This document shows, piece after piece, positions 1 to 19,369 of a stretch of 64,000 nt of DNA. Within the stretch, counting starts at the first letter, position 1. Every line of letters starts with the position of its first letter. A program made the translations under genes and the position numbers. The notes under the pieces are model-generated. The model was not told where the DNA came from and searched no databases. It saw only the letters and a list, made by a program, of their open reading frames with translations. The DNA lies in assembly GCF_009914755.1 (NCBI RefSeq), contig NC_060938.1; one strand, 5' to 3'. Source of the stretch: the human T2T-CHM13v2.0 reference genome, Homo sapiens.

Positions 1-151
1 AACGAATCCACTCTTGTAATAATATTAATACATTCATGAGAGCAGAGTCCTCATCTAATCACCTCTTATTAGGACCCACCTCCCAACATTGCTGCATTGG
101 AGATTAGTTTCTAACACATGAACTTACGGGTGACACATTCAAACCATAGTA
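1..151 (-). mobile_element. MaLR LTR fragment (MST/MLT1A-like), cut by window start
   Basis: Ends in ...gacacattcaaaccatagta, the reverse complement of the MST/MLT1A start tgctatggtttgaatgtgtc; also contains cccacctcccaac...gcattgggatt. Confidence 0.7.
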
Positions 152-638
152 GTAATGTTACAATATACTTTCCACAGAAATCATACCTGATTCTTCCAAT
201 TAATAGATGTGAAGAGACTAAATCAGCATATTTATTGCAGAATGAAACTTGATATGTCTCCAACACATTTTATAAACAACAGAGTTTGATTTTTATCCAT
301 CTAAGTAATAATTTTTGGACAATTTTTAGTATGTATACTATTCCAAACTTGTTCCCCAGTTGATAGCTTAAGAGATGCAAATGCTTAATTTGGACATTAA
401 TATTCTATGATATAATGCTTTAAAAGGCAAAATATTGTGGTCAGGGAGGAAGAACGATTTACATCACTGAACCTCAAAGGGTACTCTCAATTGATTCTCT
501 CCATTTCTCATCTTCTGCTTGAGCTGTTCACTCACAATTCCCAAATCAATGAAATTATAATAGAATCAATTCCCATTTATAATTCTGTGATTGTTCTGTA
601 AGAAATCCTCGTATCATTTTTTAACATAAGTCTTCTTA

Positions 639-2973
<2,335 letters not shown>

Positions 2974-3572
2974 AAAAAACACACTGGTTCATAAAGCCTT
3001 GGAAAGAAAGCAATTTTTAATCACATAGCATTAAATTTTGTTAGGGAGACCCCACATTTCTTCTCTTTGATTTCTTCCTGTTTTTTCTTTATGATGTGAC
3101 ATTGACTTGTTTACTCAAGTTCACTTTCTTTCCACAAGCCCTGAAAACAGTGGTTATCACAATACCCTCTTTGCTCTGCCTATTGAACATTGTAGAGAAA
3201 GGGTAGAGAAAGGAGAAAACAAATTTATATTGTCTCATTTGATCTCAACAGCAGAACTCTGAGGGAAGAAGGGAAAGAAGGAGAGCATTATGATCACATC
3301 CTTTTCACGTGAAGAGGAAAGCTCAGAAATCAAGAGACTTGCCCAGAGCTGGAAAGTTTCTGCGAGAGCCAACACCAGAGTCAGTATTTTCTGAGCTGTA
3401 GTTCTTGCTCTTTCCACATCACTGTGGATCTTGTCTATAAATCTCCAGATGGTTAATGTCCATTACTATATTTCTTATCCTCCTTTTCATCACAAAGGAA
3501 GGGGGAAATATTGTTTGAATCAAAATATGCAGAAATTATATATTTCCTAAAATTTGAGGGCACACACTTTCT

Positions 3573-4669
3573 TTTTCTTTCTTGTTTTTATTATTATGCT
3601 CTAAGTTCTGGGATACATGTGCAGAATGTGCAGGTTTGTTACATAGGTATACACGTGCCATGGTGGTTTGCTGCACCCATCAACCCGTCATCTACATTAG
3701 GTATTTCTAATGCCATCCCTCCCCCAACCCCCAACATCACGACAGGCCCTGGTGTCTGATGTTCCCTTCCCTGTGTCCATGTGTTCTCATTGTTCAACCC
3801 CCACTTATGAGTGAGAACATGCGGTGTTTGGTTTTTCTGTTCCTGTGTCAGTTTGCTGAAAATGATGGTGTCCAGCTTCATCAATGTCCCTGAAAAGGAC
3901 ATGAACTCATCCTTTCTATGGCTGCATAGTATTCCATGATGTATATGTGTCACATTTTCTTTATCCAGTCTATCATTGATGGGCATTTCAGTTGCTTCCC
4001 AGTCTTTGCTATTGTGAATAGTGCCGCAATAAACATACATGTGCATTTGTCTTTATAGTAGAATGATTTATAATCCTTTGGGCATATACCCAGTAATGGG
4101 ATTGCTGGGTCAAACGGTATTTCTGGTTCTAGATCCTTGAGGAATCACCACAATGTGTTCCACAACGGTTGAAATAATTTACACTCCCACCAACAGTATA
4201 AAGTGTTCCTATTTCTCCACATCCTCTCCAGCATCTGTTGTTTCCTGACTTTTTAATGACCACCTTTCTAACTGGTGAGAGATAGTATCTCACTATGGTT
4301 TTGATTTGCATTTCTCTAATGACCAGTGATGATGAGCTTTTATTTTCATATGTTTGTTGTCTGTATAAATGTCTTCTTTTGAGAAGTGTCTGTTCATATC
4401 CTTTGCTCACTTTTTGATGGGGTTGTTTTTTTCTTGTAAATTCATTTAAGTTCCTTGTAGATTCTGGATGTTAGACCTTTGTCAGATGGATAGATGGTGA
4501 AAATTTTCTCCCATTCTGTAGGTTGCCTGTTCCCTCTGATGATAGTTTCCTTTGCTTTGCAGAAGCTCTTTAGTTTAATTAAACTAAAAATGACCCATTT
4601 ATCAATTTTGGCTTTTGTTGCTATTGCTTTTGGTGTTTTAGTCATGAAGTTTTTCCCCATGCCTATGTC
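3573..4669 (-). mobile_element. 5'-truncated L1PA7/PA8-like 3' fragment
   Basis: ORF2 C-terminal peptides on minus strand (4442..4672 etc.); 3'UTR aagttctgggatacatgtgcag; candidate TSD cactttct at 3565-3572 and 4670-4677. Confidence 0.88.
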
Positions 4670-5550
4670 CACTTTCTGTACGTATCCAAAATTAGTTATG
4701 TTAGTATAATTTGCCTATGCAAGGGAAGTCAATCTACTTTCACTGTTATTACTTAAATTTGTGCAAAATTATGTCTTATTTTGTGTTCAGATATCACTTA
4801 AAACATTTGAGTTAATAATATTTGAGTAGTTATGTTGTGTTCTTCACTCCAAACTGGCCATTCCTAACACAACACCACCCAGTTTTATTTATCTTATCAC
4901 TTATCTCTTGATTCTGAACATGCATCATGAGCTAAACCTGGATATAGTGTTGTCTTTTATGTTTCACACAAAGTAGCTATTACATTTGTGAAGCATCCTT
5001 TATTTATGCAACATTATTCAATAATATTAAAGAGATACATGGTTTACGTGCATATAGGTCTTAATTTGGGTGTATATCAAGTATTTGAAGTTCACCTGAA
5101 ATTTACTTTCTTTTTATTAATGGTAAGTATGAACAACCTAGAGCCGTGAAATCCTCGAGAAATGTAGTCTGCAGCACTGAACAGACACATTTACATGCTG
5201 GTACTATCAATAAGCAGAGTCTCAAACCCATAATATCAAGTATTTCTTCTTTTTGTTGTAATTCACAGCTTAATCATTCAGACAAATGTTACTTGCACAT
5301 TATTATTCAGCACAATCTCATCAACTTTATCCTTTATCAGTGACCCTCGATAAGAAATTACGCCATTTTGAAATAGCATTTGTAATTATTCTATTTTCAT
5401 AAGATTAACATGTCAAATATCACAAGAATACATGTAACAGTCTTTTGGAGCTTAAAACCCCCTGTTCACATTTCACTTAAAACCATAAAAAGCATTATCA
5501 CGATGTAATCAGTAGACTATAAATTGCTAGGTGGCCCCTGTGTTTTAGGT

Positions 5551-6650
5551 TCATTCCTTTATTCATTCATTCAACAAATATTTATTAATATGTCAGTTTT
5601 CCAGGCATTACAGTGACAGGGCTAAAAAAAAAACACAGAAATAAGGTTAAGTCCTGGTTCTGAAGGCACTGATAATCTAGAGGGTAAGACAGACTTATTT
5701 TTTAAAAAATAAATAAAAGTTACTCTGATAGGCTATAAGAGACAGGAATAGCATTAGAAGTCTTAAAAGCATAGCATGAGGAACACCACAATAACACACA
5801 GAAAACAAGGAAGATTTCAATAGTATATAACATGCCCCACACAGAGGCATAAAAAATTATGGCATGTTCTAAGAATTATGAGCAACTCAGGTAAAACATG
5901 TGAAACACTATCTAACACTTCATCCTTTCTTATAAAGTAATGGCAAAGGTGAGACTTTGTTCAAGAGGTTGGCAGAAAAGACGTTAGAAAAGCAGATCTG
6001 GCACAGATCATGTAGGGCCTTGTAGCTACACTAAGAAGTTTGGAGGAGATTTGGGCTTTATCCAGGTGATGAGAAGACACTCAAAGTGTCTGAGCAGTGA
6101 AGGCACATGATAAGTCACATAGTTAGAAAGATGAGCATTATGACCAGTGTGGAAAATGGACTGTATGAAAAGATACTGGAGCTAGGGAAACAATTAAACT
6201 AGCCCTAATAAAGATATAAATAAAAATAGCAGTTGTTGCCAAGGCAGTGTAGGAGGAAAAGTGGGGACAAATTCAAAAGATATTTACAGTATAGATTTCA
6301 AAGTAATAATGAGTTAGTGAGTAACTAAGCATAAATAATGAGGGAGAGAGTGATCCCATGCTTTCCAACTTAAACAGCTACATGAATTAACTACCTTTGA
6401 CATGGGGATTCCAGAAGCAAAATTGGAAAAAAAAAAAGTGTATTTTGAAAGAGAAGAATTCTAGGGACATTAGTTGACAAAACATTAGGATATTCATTGA
6501 AGGAATTGTAAATTCAGGGGACAGATGTGGAGAGCTGAAAAAATGGAGGGAGTATGGCTAGAAATAGAGATCGTGGAGACCTTGACAAATACATGGCACT
6601 TGCAGTCACATAACTGAAAAATATTGTCTAGAAAGAGCATTTAAAGGATC
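5551..6650 (-). mobile_element. Degenerate L2 (LINE-2) 3' region
   Basis: attcattcattcaacaaatatttatt tail signature; agatcatgtagggccttgtag L2 motif; boundaries approximate. Confidence 0.6.
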
Positions 6651-7009
6651 AATAAAATACTAAATAATCTTTTAGCTTCTCTTAAAATATCTATGATCCT
6701 TGCCATGTGAAAGATGTGAACCAAACAGGAAAATATCCAATATTTAATATCCTCACCTGTCTAAAGCAATGACAAAATTAAGTAAAAATGTATGCAATGC
6801 TACTGACATTCAACACTTTACTATTTAATCCATTTATTGTTGAGGTAGGTAATGGAGAGTAAGGTACCAAAAGAAGAAGAAGAATATTAATATAAATAAG
6901 TAACCAAAAATCCCCAGGACAGGGTTGAAGAGGAGATAATTCTAGAAAGCATAGAAAGATATGCTGCTGTTAATACTTTGATTGTTTTAAGAAGTTATAT
7001 AGTAGGATA

Positions 7010-7190
7010 ATAATAATAGTGGGTTCCATTTCTTTAATGTTACTGGAGTAACATTAGACACTCTGCTAAACACTTTATATATATTAGTTCACTGAAACCT
7101 GTGAGTTAGATAGTATTATAATTCACATATTATACATGATATAACTAAGGATTATAGCAATAAGTACCTTCTCTTAACCACTGCATTATA
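7010..7190 (-). mobile_element. MIR fragment
   Basis: ctctgctaaacactttata...cctgtgagttagatagtattat resembles the MIR core. Confidence 0.45.
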
Positions 7191-7411
7191 ATGCCCAGTA
7201 TGTCTGTATTAATACTTCCTGATTGTTAGATTCAGTTTTCCTCGTTGAATAAAAGGGGCTAAGTCCACTATCACCACTTCTATTCAATATTGTGCTAGAA
7301 GTTGAAGCCAGGGCAATTAAGCAAATAAAAGAAATAAAAGACATCCAGATTTGAAAGGAAGAAGTAAACCTCTTTATTCAAAGACAATATGGTTTGTATA
7401 TAGAAAATCCT

Positions 7412-7694
7412 GCCCAAGTGTAGTACACACACTTGTAATCCCAGCTACTTGTAATCCCTCAAGAATAGCATGAGGCCAGGAGTTCAAGACTAGCCTGGGC
7501 AACTTAGTGAGACCCATATCTCTTTAAAAAATTTTTAAAAAATAACAGGCACGATGGCACACACCTATAATTCCAGCTACTTGGGAGGCTCAGGTGGGAA
7601 AATCACTTGAGCCAGGAGTTCAGTGCTGCAGTGAGCTATGATTGCACCACTGCACTCTAGCCTCGATGACAGAGCAAGTTCTTATCTCTAAAAA
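7412..7694 (+). mobile_element. AluJ-like element inserted in L1M
   Basis: Dimeric Alu motifs (ggagttcaagactagcctgggcaac; gctatgattgcaccactgcactctagcct); TSD-like agaaaatcct / agaagaatcct. Confidence 0.8.
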
Positions 7695-7811
7695 GAGAGA
7701 GGAGAGGAGGAGGAGGAGGAGGAGGGGCAGGAGGAGGAGGGGCAGGAGGAGGAGGGGGAGAAGGAGGGGGAGGAGGAGGAGGGGGAGGAGGAGGAGGAAG
7801 AAGAAGAAGAA
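7695..7811 (+). repeat. (GGA)n/(GAA)n polypurine microsatellite in the Alu tail
   Basis: Directly visible GGA run grading into GAA. Confidence 0.95.
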
Positions 7812-9099
7812 TCCTAATGAATTCACTAGAATTAATAAATGACTTCATCAAGGTCACAGTACATAACCACACAAAAATCAATTGCATTTCTATACACTGC
7901 CAGTGAAGAGTCTGAAAATGAAACTAAGGAAATAATTCCACTCTCAATAGCATCAAAAAGAACATAATTCTTAGTATTAAATTTAACCAAAAATACGTAA
8001 GAGTTGTATGTCAAAAAAGATAAAACATCACTGAACAAAATTTTAAAATCTTAAACAAATGGAAAGACAATTTATGCTCATGACTCAGGAAACACATATT
8101 GTTAAAAATTCAATACTTTCCAAATTAATCTATAAGGTCAACACAATTTATCAAAATCCCTGCTGGCTTACATGCAGATATTGACAAAGTGATCCAAAAA
8201 TTCATGTGGAAATACAAAGAACCCAAAATAAACAATCTTGAAAAAGAAGAATAAAATTGTAAGGCTCATACTTCTGATTTCAAAACATACTATAAAGTAG
8301 CCAAGAAAGTGTGGTACTGGCATAGGGACAGACATATATATCAATGTTATATAATTGGTAATCCAGAAATAAACCCTTACTTCTATGGTCAATTGTTTTT
8401 TAACAAAGGTACCAAAAAATTCAATGAAAAAAGGATAGTCATTTCAATACATGGTGCTTGGACAATTGGATATGCATATGCAAAATAATAATAGTAATAA
8501 TTTGGACTCCTAAATCACACCATACACAAAAATTAACTCGAAATGAATTGTAGACCTAAATGTAAGTGCTAATACTTTATAAGTCTTAGATGAAAACATT
8601 GGAGTAAATATTTGTGACCTTGTGTTAGACAATGGTTTCTTAGATATGACAAATGACAAAATCATTAAGAAAATGAAAAGACAACCCAAAACATTGGAGA
8701 AAATATTGCAAGTCATACACATATCCAATAAAAGTCTTACACCTAGAATGTAAGAATATATAAAGAACTCAAACAACTCAATAAGAAAAAAATGGGCAAA
8801 AAAATTTGAAGAACACTTCTCCAAAGAAGTTATACAACTAACCAAGAAGCAAATTACAAGATGTTCAAGATCATTAGTCATTATGGAAATGCAAATAAAA
8901 ACCATAAGATATACTTCATACACAGTAGAAATGAAAACACTCACACAAAGACTTGTACACAGATGTTCATATCAGCATTATTCACAATCAAGAAAAATTA
9001 GAAACAACTTAAGTATTCATCAACTGATAAATGGATAAATAATACATGGCACATTCATATAAAATAAATAATTTAGTCATAAAAAGGAATGAAGTACTG

Positions 9100-9149
9100 G
9101 GGGCTGGAGGGTAGGGCCAAACGCCCTTCCTCAAAAAAAAAAAAAAAAA
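9100..9149 (+). other. Short retroposed insert (33 nt + poly(A)) of unknown source
   Basis: Flanked by a 19-bp direct repeat (9081-9099 / 9150-9168, 16/19 match) at a T/AAAA site; ends in a pure A tract. Confidence 0.8.
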
Positions 9150-9369
9150 AAAGAGGAATAAAGTATTGATTCATGGTACAACATGAATGAATCTTGAAAA
9201 CATGCTCAGTGAAAGAAGCCAAGCATAAATGGCCACATAGTGAATGATTCCATTTATATGAAGTGTCCAGAATAGGCAAACATGTAGAGATAGAAAGTAG
9301 ATTAGTGGTTGCTGGAGGCTGGAGAAAGAGACAATGGAAAGTGATGCTAATGTGTATAGACAAAGGTTC

Positions 9370-9935
9370 TTTTTTTTTAATTGTAAAAAAATACGAGCAT
9401 ATAAAATGTACCATCTTAACCATTTTAAAGTCTACAGTTCAATGGTATTAAATATATTCACATTATTGTGCAACCATCATCAACATCCACCTCCAGAACT
9501 CATTTTGTCTTGAAAACCGAAAACTCTGTTCCCATTTAATGCTAACTTCCAACTTCCACCTCCCACCAGCCCAGCCCCTGGCAACCACCATTCAACTTTT
9601 TGTCCCTATGAATTTAACTACTCTAGCTATCTCATATAAGTGAAATCATAGTGTATTTTTTTTGTGAGACAGCTTATTTCATTTAGCATAATTTCCTCAA
9701 AGTTCATCCGTGTTTTAGCATATGTCAGAAATTCCTTCCTAAGGTGGAATAATATTTTATTGTATCATATACCACCTTTAGTTTATCCGTTAATCTAACG
9801 ATGGACACTTGGGTTGCTTCTACCTTTTGGCTCTTGTGAATAATGCTACTGTGAATATGGGTACACAAATATTTCTTCAAGACCCTGCTTTCAGTTCATT
9901 TGGATATGACCTGAAGTGGAATTGCTGGATAATAT
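9370..9935 (-). mobile_element. L1MB-like 3' end nested in opposite orientation within the plus-strand L1M
   Basis: ttttttaattgtaaaaaaatac...cattcacattattgtgcaaccatc; cccagcccctggcaaccaccattc; host L1M resumes at ~9940. Confidence 0.75.
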
Positions 9936-11829
9936 CAGATAGAGTTTCTTTTTAAGGTGATGAAAATGTTCAGCAATTAAATAATGGTAATGGTTGCACA
10001 ACTCTGAATATACAAAAATCCACTGAACTACACACTCTTTTAAAAAGAGAAATTACATTTCTCTTTTGAGAGAGGCAAATAGGTCTTCATGAATTTGCTG
10101 TTTAACTATAATTCAAGTGAGGCAGTTTATCCATTAAATTCAACAAGCAAAAAATGCTTCAGTTTGTAAGTAATAGGATAAAGAGGGAAGGAGAAAATCG
10201 AGAAGGAAGAACAGAGCAAGAAATAACAGAAAGGAAGAACAAGAAAAACAATTTGATAGGCAAAAAAATAAAAAATAAAAATGGACATGGACCCATACAC
10301 AAATTTGCATTAATGTGTAAACAATCAAAATTCTCTCAAACTTTTCTGAATCTTATCTCCCATTAAGACGCCCTTACACTAACCACAGCAACCCTCTTTC
10401 TCATCTCAAATTTCCTTCTAACATAAGCATGTAAATATGAGCTAAAGTGCTACTGTTATAATCTCCAATTCACTTAACTTATGGGGATCAAAGTAAATTA
10501 TCATCTATTAAGCAGAACTGTTTGCTGGAATGGAAACCTGATTTAGGAGTCAGAAAACTTGGGTTCAATTCAATTCATCTATTTTCGAATCTCACATGCT
10601 GTCAAGTTGAAGTTCTGAATATAGTACTTGTGGTTGAAAACTCTGAATTTCTCATCATATTAGTAGTAATTGATTCAAAGATCTACTAAAATGCACTGAG
10701 AATTCAAAATACCCTTTATGGTTCATGTCAAGATGTGCCAACTACAAAATGCTATGAAATCAATATAACCTTGGAAGTAAAACTGCAGTTTGCTAAGTAA
10801 ATTTCAGGAGATTTCCACAACAGAGGTCACAAATTTAGTGACATTTTTGACACAAAATAAAAGACATGAACTACTTTTCCTTAATACACAAAGGATTTTA
10901 AATTATTTTTTGGAAATATCATGAACACTTCATCTGTATTGATATTTTCATTAAACAAACGTGAGACTTCTTGAGTTTTACTGTTTACAGTCTAAGCATA
11001 TACTTAAAGACTGGAAGGTAATGTGAGGGAAACGTTAGCTAAAATAATTTTTTAACATTTATTTAAATATGTCCTAATAATTTAAGATCTTCATATGCTA
11101 TTGTTGTTGATTCTGTAAAATTTATGTGATGTTTACACACACCAAAAAAAAAGCAAAAGAAAATAAGAGAGTGAAAACGAACAACTGACCAGACACCCCA
11201 GATTTTAACATTCTGTAATAAGTTTTCATTCTTATAATCCTTATCACTCACTATTCACATTTCAACATTTCCAGAGAAACTCTATACAAAAAGCTGACTA
11301 GGTTTTCAGATTCAAAAAAGAATTCAAAAGCTTACTTTTGAATCTGAAAAGATGATATTGCTTCCCAGAAAGCTCTAATTCATGGCATATACAGTAATTA
11401 TTAAAGATCATTATTCTCTGAGGAGAGCAGTGGACCTCTCATCACAGCGTTCGAACTCTGCTGAGGGACAGTCTGCCTCCTCAAGTGGGTCCCTGACCCC
11501 CATGTATACTGACTGGGAGATACCTCCCAGTTGGGGCCAACAGACGCCTCACACAGGAGAGATCTGGCTGGCATCTGGCAGATGCCCTGCTGGGTTGAAG
11601 CTTCCAGAGGAAAGAATAGGCTGCAATCTTTGCTGCTCTGCAGCCTCTGCTGGTGATACCCAGGCAAACAGGGTCAGGAGTGGACCTCCAGCAAACTCCA
11701 GCACACTGGCAGCAGAGGGGCCTGACTGTTTGAAGGAAAAGAAACAAACAGAAAGGATTAGCTTGTCCACTCAAAGACCCCATCCAAAGATCACCAACAT
11801 CAAGACCAAAGGTAGATAAATCCACAAAG

Positions 11830-12855
11830 ATGGGGAAAAACCAGCGCAAAAAGGCTGAAAATTCCAAAAACCCAAATACCTTTCCTCCTCCAAAAGATCA
11901 CAACTCCTTGCCAGCAAGGGAACAAAACTGGACAGAGAATGAGTTTGATGAACTGACAAAAGTAGGCTTCAGAAGGTGGGTAATAACAAACTTCTCCCAG
12001 CTAAAGGAGCATGATCTAACCCAATGCAAGGAAGCTAAGAACCTTGAAAAAATGTTAATCGAATTGCTAACTAGAATAATCCATGTAGAGAAGAACATAA
12101 ATGACCTGATGGTGCTGAAAAACACAGCACAAGAACTTTGTGAAGCATACACAAGTTTCAATAGTCGAATCGATCAAGCGGAAGAAAGGATATCAGTGAC
12201 TGAAGATCAACTTAATGAAATAAAGACAGAAGACAAGATTGGAGAAAAAAGAATAAAAAGGAATGAACAAAGCCTCCAAGAAATATGGGACTATGTGAAA
12301 AGACCACATCTATGTTTGACTGGCATACCTGAAAGTGACAGGGAGAATGAAACCAAGTTGGAAAATACTCTTCAGGATATTACCCAGGAGAACTTCCCCA
12401 ACCTAGCAAGAGAGGCCAACATTCAAATTCAGGAAATACAGAGAACACCACAAACACATTCCTCGAGAAGAGCAACCCCAAGACACATAATCTTCAGATT
12501 CACCAAGGTTGAAAGGAAGGAAAAAATGTTAAGGGCAGCCAGAGGTAAAGGATGGATTACCCACAAAGGGAAGCCCATCAGACTGACAGTGGCTCTCTCT
12601 GTAGAAACCCTACAAGCCAGAAGGGAGTGGGGGCCAAAATTCAACGTTCTTAAAGAAAAGAATTTTCAACCCAGAATTTCATATCCAGCCAAACTAAGCT
12701 TCATAAGCAAATGAGAAATAAAATCCTTTACAGACAAGCAAATGCTGAGGGATTTTGTCACCACCAGACCTGCCTTACAAGAGCTCCTGAAGGAAGCACT
12801 AAACATGGAAAGGAACAACCAGTATCAGCCACTGCAAAAACATAGCAAATTGTAA
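11830..12855 (+). pseudogene. L1PA7/8 ORF1 with premature stop at 12712-12714 (294 aa open)
   Basis: MGKNQRKKAENSK...NFQPRISYPAKLSF homologous to ORF1p; homology continues past the stop. Confidence 0.88.
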
Positions 12856-12918
12856 AGAACATCAACACTATGATGAAACTGCATTAACTAACGGGCAAAA
12901 CAACCAGCTAGCAGCATA

Positions 12919-16770
<3,852 letters not shown>

Positions 16771-16987
16771 ACAATGAGAACACAGGGACACAGGGAGGAG
16801 AACATCACATACCGGAGCCTATCGGGGGCTGGGGGCCTAGGGGAGGGATGACATTAGCAGAAATACCTAATGTAGGTGACAGGTTGATGGGTGCAGCAAA
16901 CCACCAGGGCACGTGTATACCTATGTAACAAACCTGCATGTTCTGCACGTGTAACCCAGAACTTAAAGTATAATTTAAAAAATATGT

Positions 16988-17171
16988 ATTAGCTGGGCGT
17001 GGTGGTGTGTGCCTGTAGTCCCAGCTACTCAGGAGGCTGAGGCAGGAGAATCGCTTGAACCCGGGGAGCAGAGGTTGCAGCAAGCTGAGGTTGCAGTGAG
17101 CCGAGACTGTGCCACTGCACTCCAGCCTGGCAACAGAGCGAGACTCTGTCTTAAAAAAAAAAAAAAAAAAA
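16988..17171 (+). mobile_element. Alu right monomer (AluS-like) attached to the L1 tail
   Basis: ttagctgggcgtggtgg...gactctgtct + poly(A); no left monomer. Confidence 0.85.
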
Positions 17172-17184
17172 GAATGAGGAAATT

Positions 17185-17330
17185 TGACATTTGGAACCTA
17201 CATTCAAATCCCATTTGTTAGCTGTGAGACCTTGGGTAAGTTCATGAACCTCTCTCTGTGAGTCATTCGTGGAAAAGGGTCATAGATCCACCCATTACTG
17301 GGGCCATGAGGTATACATGAAGAATAATGT
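17185..17330 (+). mobile_element. MIR fragment
   Basis: ttcaaatccc...tagctgtgagaccttgggtaagttcatgaacctctct. Confidence 0.6.
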
Positions 17331-17422
17331 TTATCTGGAAACTCACAGGGTGAAAGACCACAGACTCCAAAGATCTCCTGTCCTCATGCCACCTACGAGC
17401 TGAGTTGGGCAGGGGTGGCTGG

Positions 17423-17830
17423 TGCCACAGTCTGGATATGGTTTGTTTATCCCCACAAAAGCTCATGTTGAAATTGGATCCCCAGTGTGGTAGCATTTGG
17501 GAAGTGGGGGGCTTTGTGGGAGGTGTTTGGGCTCCAGATCCCTCAGGAATGGCTTGGTGCTGCTCTCAGGTTAGTGAGTTCTGGCTCTCTGAGACTGGAT
17601 TAGTTCCCATAGGAATGGATTAGTTCCCATCAGAGTGAGTTGCTATAAAGCCAGGAGACTCCTCGGCTCTCCCCCTCTTCACTCATGTCCACTTCCCTTT
17701 GACCTTCTCTGCCATGTTGTAACTTGGCACAAAAGCCCTCACCAGAAGCCAAGGCTATGCCCTTAAACTTCTCAGCCAGAAGAATTATGAGCTAAATAAA
17801 CCTCTTTTCTTCATTAAAAATGAATAAATA
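17423..17830 (+). mobile_element. MSTB1-like MaLR solo LTR
   Basis: tggatatggtttgtttatcccc...ctcatgttgaaattggatccccagtgtgg; aataaacctcttttcttc. Confidence 0.75.
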
Positions 17831-19369
17831 AGTAAATAAAAATCATTCTTATCTGTGATGGCTGAAGTACTTTGTGAAAGAGGTGGTCTTTGGTGGTTAA
17901 CACTTAAATAAATGGAAAAAATTGGGGAATCAATTCCAAACTGCATGAATAGTATGAGCAAAGGAAAAATTTCACGTGGCATGTCCAGAAATGGCAACAG
18001 TTATACCAGTGCATTTAGAGCTGAGATTTCATACAACGATGTTTCAGGGCATGGTCTCATTGGTTTGAGTTCAGCTCAATCTCTGCCGTCTTAGGTGATT
18101 TCTAACCTTACTGAGCCTCAGAATTCTTATCTATGCTTTCATCAAAGTATAACGAATATTAAACCAGATCACTTAGCAAAATGCCTTGAATAAAATGGGT
18201 TCTCAGTAAGTATTAACTATGAGTGTCTCATGAGGGAAGTGTGAGCCAAGATTGGAGATGTGGTTAAGAGGCATATTGTAGATGATCTAAAGAGCGAAGC
18301 ATGCCTGGAATTTCTGAGCAAAGTCACCCTCAATAAACCTATACTCACATAACCTCTAATTCCACAGTGTAAATAAAAAACCACTGTGGACCCATGGTCT
18401 CATATATAGCAATTAAATATACAGGTTCTTGTACTCAAACAGAGATTTAATGAATCAGATTCTCCAGAGCTGCGACATGAGAAATTTGCCTTTGTTTAAA
18501 TGATTATAATGGATAGCCAGGCTTGGGAACTACTGCCTTAGACCACAAAGTCCAAGAAAAATGTAGCCAAGACATGAAAATGTAGAACTAGAGGGGAAAA
18601 GCCTTTAATAATAGCCAGATACTTTATTCTACTAAAATTAAGGATATTAATGAAACCAATCCTCCCCAAAGTCACGCCTTGTATCTTGTCATCACAGAAA
18701 CTGCACTACTTCTACAATCAAATCAAACATCTCCATTGCTCACCATGACTTCCTCCCATCCATTGTTCATGTTCATCTACTATGACTGTTTGGGGGCTAT
18801 ATTTGTTTGCTGAGGCTATTGTAACAAAATATCACAGTCTGGTTGGCTTAAACAATAGACATTATTTTCTCACAGGTCTACAGTCTTTCATCCACAATCC
18901 CCTCTCCAAACTTACTTCCCTAATTAACCTTTCTCATTTTGGGATCTTGGCTTAAGCACCACATACTCAGTAAGCCTTCAAGACACAATCTAGGTCTTTG
19001 CTGTTGCTCTAATAAAAATATATGTCTTCACTTAAAAGCCCAACTCAGGTTTGTAATTAAATACTTTTTTGGAGTCGTTGTGTGATTAACATCTACCTCC
19101 TGTGCTAAGCAAAAATTCCATTTAGTATCAAATTTAACACTATTAACTCCTTGACAGCAAGGACAATGTATATTTTTGATCACCCTTGATTTCTGTTGCC
19201 CAGTTCCTGACACTTTTTAGGCACTCAGTATTTGTTGAATAAACAAAAGCAAACATGGATTTCTAAATAAAACGGCCTTGCCCATAGCCACTGAGAAAGG
19301 CAGGCAACCATATTTTGTACCATAATGCCAGCAAAATACTTAGCATGGCTGATTTGACCAAACGTAGTA

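Larger units (their letters stand above)
7260..10040 (+). mobile_element. Old L1M (L1MB-like) ORF2/3' end, interrupted by an Alu+GGA tract, a small retro-insert and a second L1M
   Basis: Degenerate ORF2 (ctattcaatattgtgctagaag, tagacctaaatgtaag) and L1MB-type 3' end (catgaatgaatcttgaaaacatgctcagtgaaagaagcc; ggtgatgaaaatgttc...ggttgcacaactctgaatatac). Confidence 0.75.

Noticed and set aside
7620-7887. Poly-Pro, poly-Arg and poly-Leu ORFs
   Set aside because: Translations of the GGA microsatellite in an Alu tail; no coding evidence
17596-17630. Repeated tggattagttcccat
   Set aside because: As I recall, this repeat is intrinsic to the MSTB1 LTR consensus
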